From an uncultured delta proteobacterium (lineage in GTDB: Bacteria > Myxococcota_A > Polyangia > Polyangiales > B10-G4), in contig CAVSGI010000027.1 of the NCBI GenBank assembly GCA_963727445.1, positions 256,001 through 320,000 on the forward strand: a stretch of DNA of 64,000 bases, given 5' to 3'. The translations under genes were made by a program, and so were the position numbers. A model generated the notes under the pieces. The model ran no database searches. It had not been told where the DNA came from and saw only the letters and a list, made by a program, of their open reading frames with translations. The first letter of the stretch is position 1. Every line of letters starts with the position of its first letter. This document shows, one piece after another, positions 30,434 through 38,064 of this stretch.

Positions 30434-33139
30434 ATGGCCCGTCATTTCAACATCTACTGGCTGATCGCCGCCCTGTCCTTCGCGGCGCTCCCCGCCGTGG
30501 CGGAGGCCCAGGACGCGGGGGTGGCGGACGCTGGCGCCGGGGACGCTGGCGCGCCGGACGGCGGCGCCCGGGAAACGGATGGTGGAGCACCCGACGCCGG
30601 CCCGACCAACGGCGACGCGGGAACGGGAGAGGGAACGGGAGAGGGAACGGGAGAGGGAACGGGAGAGGGAACGGGAGAGGGAACGGGAGAGGGAACGGGA
30701 GAGGGAACGGGAGAGGGGGAGGCGCCGCCGGCGGGCGACGTGTACGAGCCCAACACCTCCGGCCCCACCACGCCGCAGACGATCTGCCAGGGACGGCGCA
30801 TCCGTCGCATCGTTGTCGACGGAGCGCGGCGCACGACCGACGACGACATCCTCGAGACGATGGAGCTTCGGCAGGGGATCCCCTGCACCGACACCGAAGT
30901 CGCAGCCGACGCCCGCGCGTTGTGGAACCAGGGCTTCTACGACGACATCATCTTCGAAGCGGCCGAGGTGCGCGAAGGCGTCATCGACCTCTTCGTGACC
31001 GTGCGCGAGCGGCGCGCGATCGGGCGCATCGTCTTCGAAGGAAACGACGAGGTCGACGAGGACGACATCGACGAGAAGGTCACGCTGCGCGAGGGCGAGG
31101 TGCTGTCGCTGCCCGACGTGCAGGATCAGCTCACCCGAATCCGCGACCTCTACGCAGAAAAGGGCTTCTTCCTCGCGCGCATCCGCTACGAGCTTCGCGA
31201 GCTGCCGAACAACGAAGCCGAGGTGAAGTTCGTCATCGACGAGGGCGAAGAGGTCACCGTTCGGCGCATCCGCTTCACCGGCAACCGCAACATCGACGGC
31301 AGCGAGCTGCGCGGCTTCATGCGCACCAGCGAGACGGGGTTCTTCTCCTTCATCTCGGACAACGACTCCTTCAACCCGGACTACTTCGAAGAGGACGTCA
31401 CCCGCCTTCAGGCCATCTACTACGACCGCGGCTACCTCTCGGTGAGCATCGGCACCCCGCGCATCGAGCTCACGCCGGACCGCAAGTCCATCGACATCAC
31501 CATCCCGATCGAGGAAGGGCCCCGCTTCAAGATCGGGCGGATGCGCATCACCGAGGTCGACGAAGACGGCGAGGAGGTGGACCCGCTGGGCGGCCGCCGC
31601 GCGCTGCGCGAGCAGATCGACGCGAACCCTGGCGAGTGGTTCAGCCGGAGCACCATCGCGCAGAATCTCATGGAGGTGACGCGCTACTACCGCGACCGCG
31701 GCTACGCGCTGGTCGAGATGGTGCCGCAGACCGACCTCGACATGCGCCGTCGGCGCGTGAACGTGATCATCTCCATCCGCCGCGGCCCGCCGGTCCGCAT
31801 CGAGCGCATCAACATCCGCGGCAACACCAAGACCCGCGACCAGGTCATCCGGCGCGAGATCACCATCGTGGAGGGCGACCTCTACAACATGACCCAGGTC
31901 GAGGTGAGCAAGGCGCGGATCACCGCCCTCGGCTACTTCGAGCGCGTGGACGTCTCCGAGGAGGAGGGGAGCCAGCGCGACCGCATCGTCCTCAACTTCG
32001 AGGTCGGCGAGAAGTCGACCGGGACTTTCCAGGTCGGCGCGGGCTTCTCGTCGATCGAGAGCTTCATCTTCACCGCGCAGGTCCAGCAGCAGAACCTCTT
32101 CGGCCGCGGCCAGAGCCTGAGCCTGCAGCTCCAGCTCTCCGGCATCCGGCAGCTGGCGCAGGTTCAGTTCACCGAGCCTTACCTCTTCGGCACGAAGTGG
32201 AGCGGCAGCGTCAGCGTCTTCAAGACCATCCGCCAGTTCGTCGACTTCAACCGCGACTCCACCGGCGGCAGCCTCTCCATCGGCCACCCGATCATCGGCA
32301 ACAACCTGCGCTTCTACCTCCGGTACCGAGCGGAGTACGTCAACATCTCCACGCGCACCGGCGGTCTCTTCGGCGCCAGCGGCGGCGGCCAGGGCTTCAA
32401 CATCTTCCAGCGCGTCCCGCTACAGAACCTCTTCCTCTCGGGCTTGACGAGCTCGGTGCAGGCGTCCGTCACCTTCGACACACGGGACAACCGCCTCTTC
32501 GCCACCAACGGCATCTACGCGAGCTACTCGCTCGAGGTCGCGGACCGGTTCTTCGGCTCGGACAACGTGTTCATGAGGCACAACGCCTTCGCGCGCTTCT
32601 ACAAGCAGTTCTTCAACTTCGTCACCCTGAAGCTCAACACGAACTGGGGCCTCATCACCTCGCGCCTGGCCAAGGGCGTGCCCGTCTACGAGCGCTATTA
32701 TCTCGGCGGCATCTTCTCCGTCCGCGGCTTCAACCTGAACAGCCTCGGCCCGCGCCTGGGCATACCGAGAAGCTACGACCCGAATGCGCAACCGCCCTCC
32801 GACGGCATCGTCATCGGCGGCAACATGCAGTTCTATTACAACCTCGAGCTCGAGTTCAACATCATCGAGGCGGTGGGCATCCGCGGCGTGATCTTCACGG
32901 ACGGCGGCAACGCCTGGAACACGGAGCAGGCGTACTGCAACGCCCCACCCTCGCCTCTCGGCGACTCGACCACGACGCCCTGCGGCATCAATCCGTTCAA
33001 CCTACGCACCAGCTGGGGCTTCGGTATCCGCTGGATCTCGCCGCTGGGCCCGCTGCGCTTCGAGTGGGGTATTCCGTTCATTCGGCGACCGAACGAACAG
33101 GACATCAACTTCCAGTTCACCATCGGCAACTTCTTTTAG
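30434..33139 (+). CDS. bamA: Outer-membrane protein assembly factor BamA
   Basis: POTRA repeats (GNTKTRDQVIRRE), VRGF motif, C-terminal ISPLGPLRFEWG..FQFTIGNFF. Confidence 0.95.
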   Translation: MARHFNIYWLIAALSFAALPAVAEAQDAGVADAGAGDAGAPDGGARETDGGAPDAGPTNGDAGTGEGTGEGTGEGTGEGTGEGTGEGTGEGTGEGEAPPAGDVYEPNTSGPTTPQTICQGRRIRRIVVDGARRTTDDDILETMELRQGIPCTDTEVAADARALWNQGFYDDIIFEAAEVREGVIDLFVTVRERRAIGRIVFEGNDEVDEDDIDEKVTLREGEVLSLPDVQDQLTRIRDLYAEKGFFLARIRYELRELPNNEAEVKFVIDEGEEVTVRRIRFTGNRNIDGSELRGFMRTSETGFFSFISDNDSFNPDYFEEDVTRLQAIYYDRGYLSVSIGTPRIELTPDRKSIDITIPIEEGPRFKIGRMRITEVDEDGEEVDPLGGRRALREQIDANPGEWFSRSTIAQNLMEVTRYYRDRGYALVEMVPQTDLDMRRRRVNVIISIRRGPPVRIERINIRGNTKTRDQVIRREITIVEGDLYNMTQVEVSKARITALGYFERVDVSEEEGSQRDRIVLNFEVGEKSTGTFQVGAGFSSIESFIFTAQVQQQNLFGRGQSLSLQLQLSGIRQLAQVQFTEPYLFGTKWSGSVSVFKTIRQFVDFNRDSTGGSLSIGHPIIGNNLRFYLRYRAEYVNISTRTGGLFGASGGGQGFNIFQRVPLQNLFLSGLTSSVQASVTFDTRDNRLFATNGIYASYSLEVADRFFGSDNVFMRHNAFARFYKQFFNFVTLKLNTNWGLITSRLAKGVPVYERYYLGGIFSVRGFNLNSLGPRLGIPRSYDPNAQPPSDGIVIGGNMQFYYNLELEFNIIEAVGIRGVIFTDGGNAWNTEQAYCNAPPSPLGDSTTTPCGINPFNLRTSWGFGIRWISPLGPLRFEWGIPFIRRPNEQDINFQFTIGNFF
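30620..30715 (+). repeat. (GGAACGGGAGAG)x8 in the BamA N-terminal linker, encoding (GTGE)8
   Basis: Perfect 12-bp tandem repeat. Confidence 0.92.
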
Positions 33140-33157
33140 CGCAGGCGGGAGCGGGCA

Positions 33158-33253
33158 CGTGGCTGTAGCCGTGCATGGCCGGAGCGGACGGCAGTCCGCG
33201 CAGCTGCACGGGTACAGGCTCGTCGACGCATCGGGCGCAGCCCGATGCTAGTC
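33158..33253. repeat. 95-bp structured element, copy 1
   Basis: CGTGGCTGTAGCCGTGCATGG...GCCCGATGCTAGTC; near-identical to 33304-33398 and 35177-35271. Confidence 0.9.
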
Positions 33254-33303
33254 GACGGGAGCGGGAACGGGCACGGGAGCGGGAGCGAGAACGGGAACGG
33301 GCA

Positions 33304-33398
33304 CGTGGCTGTAGCCGTGCATGGCGGAGCGGACGGCAGTCCGCGGAGCTGCACGGGTACAGGCTCGTCGACGCATCGGGCGCAGCCCGATGCTAGTC
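33304..33398. repeat. 95-bp structured element, copy 2
   Basis: Direct repeat embedded in GGGARC hexamers. Confidence 0.9.
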
Positions 33399-33399
33399 A

Positions 33400-33537
33400 A
33401 CGGGAGGGGGAACGGGCACGGGAGCGGGAACGGGAGGGGGAACGGGAACGGAGCGTGAACGGGAGCGGGAGCGGGAGCGGGAGCGGGAGCGGGAGCGGGA
33501 GCGGGAGCGGGAGCGGGAGCGGGAGCGGGCACGGGAG
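33400..33537. repeat. (GGGAGC/GGGAAC)n hexamer tract
   Basis: Directly visible. Confidence 0.9.
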
Positions 33538-33563
33538 TGTGCGGCTCGGTGGGTCGTCTGATC

Positions 33564-33632
33564 GTGTTTCTTGGTCATCGCTGAGACCCCTTCTGGGTTG
33601 GGAAAGGGGTCTCAGCGATGACCAAGAAACAC
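33564..33632 (+). promoter_or_regulatory. 29-bp perfect inverted repeat over the translation-start region of the first four-helix gene
   Basis: GTGTTTCTTGGTCATCGCTGAGACCCCTT / AAGGGGTCTCAGCGATGACCAAGAAACAC. Confidence 0.7.
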
Positions 33633-33959
33633 TCTGATTCGATGATTCATCACGACTTGCGCGTCTGGCAGCGGGCGCGAGCCCTCGTGCAGCTCGTGTA
33701 TGCGAACCTGCCGGCCGATGCGGAGCTTCGGTCGCAGGTGAAGCGGGCTTCGACTTCGGTCGGGGCGAACATCGCCGAGGGTTGCACGCAGAGCTCGCGG
33801 GCGATGCGGCGCAAGCACTACGAGATCGCCCGCGGTTCGGCCGTGGAGACCGTGGCGTGCTTCGAGTTGGCGGAGGCGACGGGGGATCGGCTACCGGTCG
33901 AGGAAGTCCGCAGCCACGGCGCGGCGATCGCCGCGATGCTCACCAGGATGCTGCGGTGA
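33618..33959 (+). CDS. Four-helix-bundle protein (23S rRNA IVP / Avd-like family); alternative start 33642
   Basis: LRVWQRA, QVKRASTSVGANIAEG, IARGSAVE motifs. Confidence 0.85.
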   Translation: MTKKHSDSMIHHDLRVWQRARALVQLVYANLPADAELRSQVKRASTSVGANIAEGCTQSSRAMRRKHYEIARGSAVETVACFELAEATGDRLPVEEVRSHGAAIAAMLTRMLR

Positions 33960-33967
33960 AGCACTCT

Positions 33968-33995
33968 GAGCCCGGAGGGGTTTCCCTCCGGGCTC
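33968..33995. terminator. Hairpin between the convergent four-helix genes
   Basis: GAGCCCGGAGGG-GTTT-CCCTCCGGGCTC. Confidence 0.55.
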
Positions 33996-34002
33996 GGGTG
34001 GC

Positions 34003-34329
34003 TCAGCGATGGATCATGCGAAAGAGGGTGGCGGCGGCATGATCGAAATGGTCCTCGGCGGCGCTGCACTCCGCCGCGCTCAGATACCCCCAGGCCACGG
34101 CGATGCGCAGCGCCTGTCTGGCTTCTCTCGCTGAGTTCATCGCGACCGAGAGCCGCTCGGGCCGATGCCCTTTTCGCCCCCACTCGCCCTCGGCCGCGTT
34201 GAGCGCCGCCGAGCTGGCGGCGCGCCGCAGCTGCGACGCGAGGTCGCGGTCTTCGTGTTGGATCCTTTCGGCCAGTGGCCGGGTGGCCCCGATGGCTTCG
34301 AGGAGGATGTCGTGTACCAGCTTGCTCAT
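34003..34329 (-). CDS. Second four-helix-bundle protein (IVP/Avd-like)
   Basis: DLASQLRRAASSAALNAAEG, SARE, AWGY; AAGGAG SD upstream. Confidence 0.85.
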   Translation of the reverse strand: MSKLVHDILLEAIGATRPLAERIQHEDRDLASQLRRAASSAALNAAEGEWGRKGHRPERLSVAMNSAREARQALRIAVAWGYLSAAECSAAEDHFDHAAATLFRMIHR

Positions 34330-34334
34330 GAGGG

Positions 34335-34405
34335 GTTGCTCCTTCCGCCCACGTCAGGGGCTTCGCCCCGCCCGAAGGGCCCCTGACGTGGGCGGAAGGA
34401 GCAAC
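34335..34405 (-). promoter_or_regulatory. 27-bp perfect inverted repeat containing the SD of the second four-helix gene
   Basis: GTTGCTCCTTCCGCCCACGTCAGGGGC / GCCCCTGACGTGGGCGGAAGGAGCAAC. Confidence 0.7.
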
Positions 34406-35013
34406 GCCGGGCGTTGGCCGCAACCTCGCGACTTGCGACCGCATGGCGGTCACAACGCCGGGCGTTGGCCGCAACCTCGCGACTTGCGACCGCATGGCGG
34501 TCACAACGCCGGGCGTTGGCCGCAACCTCGCGACTTGCGACCGCATGGCGGTCACAACGGCGGCCGTTGGCCGCAACGTCGCGACTTGCGACCGCATGGC
34601 GGTCACGATGGCGCGCGTTGGCCGCAACGTCGGGACTTGCGACCGCATGGCGGTCACAACTGCGGGCGTTGAGCGCAACGTCGCGACTTGCGACCGCATG
34701 GCGGTCACAACGGCGCGCGTTGAGCGCAACGTCGCGACTTGCGACCGCATGGCGGTCACAACTGCGGGCGTTGAGCGCAACGTCGCGACTTGCGACCGCA
34801 TGGCGGTCACAACTGCGGGCGTTGAGCGCAACGTCGCGACTTGCGACCGCATGGCGGTCACAACGGCGCGCGTTGGCCGCAACCTCGCGACTTGCGACCG
34901 CATGGCGGTCACAACGGCGGCCGTTGGCCGCAACGTCGCGACTTGCGACCGCATGGCGGTCACAACGGCGCGCGTTGGCCGCAACGTCGCGACTTGCGAC
35001 CGCATGGCGGTCA
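34402..35013. repeat. 12 x 51-bp tandem array, each unit made of three small palindromes
   Basis: Unit CAACGCCGGGCGTTGGCCGCAACCTCGCGACTTGCGACCGCATGGCGGTCA with exact 51-bp period. Confidence 0.95.
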
Positions 35014-35176
35014 ACTAACTCCGATGGGAATGATTTTGCTCCCGTTCCCAGTCCCCACTCACCCACCCAGTCCCAGACCCAAGCGCAGCTTGGGGTCGAG
35101 ACGACGGGAACGCGAACGGGAGCGAGAACGGGAGCGAGAACGGGAACGAGAACGGGAACGGGAACGGGAACGGGAA

Positions 35177-35271
35177 CGTGGCTGTAGCCGTGCATGGCGG
35201 AGCGGACGGCAGTCCGCGGAGCTGCACGGGTACAGGCTCGTCGACGCATCGGGCCGAGCCCGATGCTAGTC
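35177..35271. repeat. 95-bp structured element, copy 3, within (GGGAAC)n tracts spanning ~35105-35420
   Basis: Direct repeat of copies 1 and 2. Confidence 0.9.
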
Positions 35272-35449
35272 AACGGGAACGGGAACGGGAACGGGAACGG
35301 GAGCGGGAACGGGAACGGGAACGGGAACGGGAACGTGGCTGACCGGGCACGGCGGACGGGAACGGGACCGGGAACGGGAACGGGAACGGCGTCAACGGGA
35401 ATGAGAACGGAAACGGGGACGGGCGCTGGCGTTCTTGGCGCTTTCCACT

Positions 35450-36976
35450 ATGTTCGGCGCCGTGTCGGAGCTGCTTTCCATGTCCGCGGGGGAGATCGCG
35501 GACGCCATTCGGGCTGGGGATGTCTCGCCGCTCGAGGCGGTCCGGACGCACATCGAGCGCATCGAAGAGGTCAATCCGCGCATCAACGCCGTCGTGGCTC
35601 ATCGCTTCGAGGACGCCCTCGCGGATGCGCGACAGGCGACCGAGCGGCTCGTGCACGCCGATCCCGAACGCCTCGGCGCCTTCTACGGGGTGCCCTTCAC
35701 CGCGAAGGAGCTGGTCGCCGTCGAGGGGCTGCCCAACACCGCGGGCTGCGCCAAGCGACGCGACATCATCGCCGACACCGACGCGCCCCTCGTTCGCCAC
35801 ATGAAGGACGCTGGCGCCATCTGCGTCGGCGTCACCAACGTCTCCGAGGCCGGGCTCTGGCTCGAGACCCACAACACGCTCTACGGGCGCACCAACAACG
35901 CCTACTCCCCCGATCACATCCCCGGCGGCTCGAGCGGCGGCGAGGGCGCGATCATCGGCGCCGGCGGTAGCCCCATCGGCATCGGCGCCGACAGCGGCGG
36001 CTCGATCCGCAACCCCAGCTTCTTCAACGGCATCTGCGGGCACAAGCCGAGCGGCGGTCTGCTCGCCGCCCGCGGCCACTACCCTCCCGCCGACGGCGAG
36101 CGTGGACGCTACTGCGTCAGCGGCCCGATGGCGCGACGCGTGGGCGATCTGATCCGCGCCATGGAGGTGCTCTCCCCCGACGACGATCCGGATCGCGACG
36201 CGGGCCGCGGGCGCTTCCGCCGCATGGGCGCGCTGTCACCCCGCGACGTCACCATCTACTACTACACCTACGACGGGCTCACCCCGGTCGATCCCGAGCT
36301 CGAAGCGGGCGTCGAGTCCACCGTGCGCGCGCTCCGCGAGCGCGGCTTCCGCGTAGAGCCCTGGCGCCCCAGCGCCACCAACCTCGCGCCGCTCCTCTGG
36401 GTCGGCAACCTCGCCGACTCCGCACCGGAGACGCTCTCCGAGATCATCAACGACGGTCGCAAGCGCTCACTCCTGCGCGAGTGGGCGAAGCTCCCCTTCG
36501 GTCGCAGCGTCCACCCGTTCTACTCCCTGCTCGTCGCCTCCTTCGAGCAGCCGGTCTCACCGCCTTGGATGCGGCGCTGGGTCCGGACCCGGCGGGATGC
36601 GCTCCGCGCCGAGATCGAAGCGAAGCTCGGCGAGCGCGGCGTCTTGATGTGCCTGCCCTACCCTCGTCCGGCGCCTCGGCACAACGTCCCGCTCCGCCTC
36701 CCCTTCGCCTTCGCCTACTGCGGCCTCTACAACGTGCTCGAGATGCCGGCCACCGCGGTGCCCATCGGCTTCACCGAGGCCGGACTGCCGATGGGGGTAC
36801 AGATCGTCGGACGTCGATTCGCCGATCCACTGACTCTCCACGTGGCGGGGGAGATCGAGCAGATCTCGGGGGGTTGGCGATTTGTCGACATGACGCAGCA
36901 TCCGCCGTCCGTTGAATCCGCGCCCGCATTCCCCCGTCCCAAGAGCCGGCTTGACCGCCGAACCCTGAGCAGGTAA
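35450..36976 (+). CDS. Amidase-signature family protein
   Basis: GVPFTAKE, GGSSGGEGA, GIGADSGGSIRNPSFFNGICGHKPS. Confidence 0.9.
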   Translation: MFGAVSELLSMSAGEIADAIRAGDVSPLEAVRTHIERIEEVNPRINAVVAHRFEDALADARQATERLVHADPERLGAFYGVPFTAKELVAVEGLPNTAGCAKRRDIIADTDAPLVRHMKDAGAICVGVTNVSEAGLWLETHNTLYGRTNNAYSPDHIPGGSSGGEGAIIGAGGSPIGIGADSGGSIRNPSFFNGICGHKPSGGLLAARGHYPPADGERGRYCVSGPMARRVGDLIRAMEVLSPDDDPDRDAGRGRFRRMGALSPRDVTIYYYTYDGLTPVDPELEAGVESTVRALRERGFRVEPWRPSATNLAPLLWVGNLADSAPETLSEIINDGRKRSLLREWAKLPFGRSVHPFYSLLVASFEQPVSPPWMRRWVRTRRDALRAEIEAKLGERGVLMCLPYPRPAPRHNVPLRLPFAFAYCGLYNVLEMPATAVPIGFTEAGLPMGVQIVGRRFADPLTLHVAGEIEQISGGWRFVDMTQHPPSVESAPAFPRPKSRLDRRTLSR

Positions 36977-37042
36977 TGCCCCCGGGCCTTCGAAGGCCCG
37001 AATTGTCGGGTGGTTATCGCCATCTCGGCCCCACGAATAGAC

Positions 37043-37594
37043 ATGCTTCATCGCCACGCCGTCACCCTGATCGCCGCGCTCCTTCTCGCCAGCATCTCCC
37101 CCCGGGTCTTCGCGCAGGTGCGCATCGCCGTGGTGGACATGCAGCGCGCCCTCAACGAGACCGAGGACGGTCGTCGCGCCAAGGCGCGGCTCAAGCGCCT
37201 CTTCAAGCGCCGCCAGCAGGCCCTCGACCAGCGCCAGAGCGAGCTCAAGAAGATGAAAGAGGACATCGAGCGCCAGCGCGACGTCCTGAGCAAGAGCGCC
37301 CTGTCGTCGAAGCTCGAGGAGTATCAGAAGGCCTTCGTCGAGCTGCAGACCACCTACGTCGAGTACCAGCGGGAGCTCGCCCAGAAGGAGGCCAAGCTCA
37401 CCAAGGGCATCCTCGAACGCATGGCCGGCATCCTCCAACGGATGGGCCAACGCGACGGCTACACGATGATAGTCGAAAGAAACGAGGGCGGTGTCATGTG
37501 GGTACCGTCCAATCTCGACGTCACCGACGAGCTGATCCAACGCTACAACAAGGGCGAGGGACGCTCCGGCGGGGGCGGATCGAAACGCAGATAG
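37043..37594 (+). CDS. skp: Periplasmic chaperone Skp/OmpH
   Basis: Signal peptide, RIAVVDMQRAL, coiled coil, LDVTDELI. Confidence 0.88.
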   Translation: MLHRHAVTLIAALLLASISPRVFAQVRIAVVDMQRALNETEDGRRAKARLKRLFKRRQQALDQRQSELKKMKEDIERQRDVLSKSALSSKLEEYQKAFVELQTTYVEYQRELAQKEAKLTKGILERMAGILQRMGQRDGYTMIVERNEGGVMWVPSNLDVTDELIQRYNKGEGRSGGGGSKRR

Positions 37595-37619
37595 CCTGAG
37601 GCAGCTGAGGGGAGCGCGC

Positions 37620-38063
37620 GTGGACTTCGACATCCCGAGGATCCTCTCGATCCTTCCGCATCGGGCGCCGTTCGTGATGATCGACCGCGTCACGGATCTC
37701 GAGCCGCGCAAACGCGCGACCGCGATCAAGTGCGTCACCTATAACGAGCCCTTCTTTCCCGGTCACTTCCCGGGTCATCCGGTGTTTCCGGGCGTGATGA
37801 TCCTCGAAGCGATGGCGCAGCTCTCTGGCGTCCTCGCCTACGCGTCGGAGCCCTTCGACGCGAGCCAGAAGGTTCTGTACTTCCTGGGTATCGACAAAGC
37901 GAAGTTCCGCAAGCCGGTGCTCCCTGGCGACCGCATGGAGATCGAAGTCCGCGTCCTCCAGCACCGCGCCAACATCTGGAAGACCGCAGCGGAAGCCTGC
38001 GTCGGCGACGTCGTCGTCGCGCAGGCGGAGCTCCTCGCCGCCATCACGGACCGGGACGCCTGA
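37620..38063 (+). CDS. fabZ: 3-hydroxyacyl-ACP dehydratase
   Basis: LPHRAPFVMIDRV, NEPFFPGHFPGHPVFPGVMILEAMAQ, FRKPVLPGD. Confidence 0.95.
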   Translation: MDFDIPRILSILPHRAPFVMIDRVTDLEPRKRATAIKCVTYNEPFFPGHFPGHPVFPGVMILEAMAQLSGVLAYASEPFDASQKVLYFLGIDKAKFRKPVLPGDRMEIEVRVLQHRANIWKTAAEACVGDVVVAQAELLAAITDRDA

Positions 38064-38064
38064 G

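Noticed and set aside
33618..34329. Diversity-generating retroelement or 23S rRNA intervening sequence
   Set aside because: No reverse transcriptase, no TR/VR pair with adenine-specific differences, and no rRNA sequence nearby.
34402..35013. CRISPR array
   Set aside because: No unique spacers (units differ at only a few bases and recur) and no cas genes in the window.
33818..35273. Long ORFs through the 51-bp array, including 34326-35273 whose stop overlaps the four-helix ATG
   Set aside because: GC-rich repeats with a period divisible by 3 stay open in most frames. No RBS or domain support, and the overlap may be chance.
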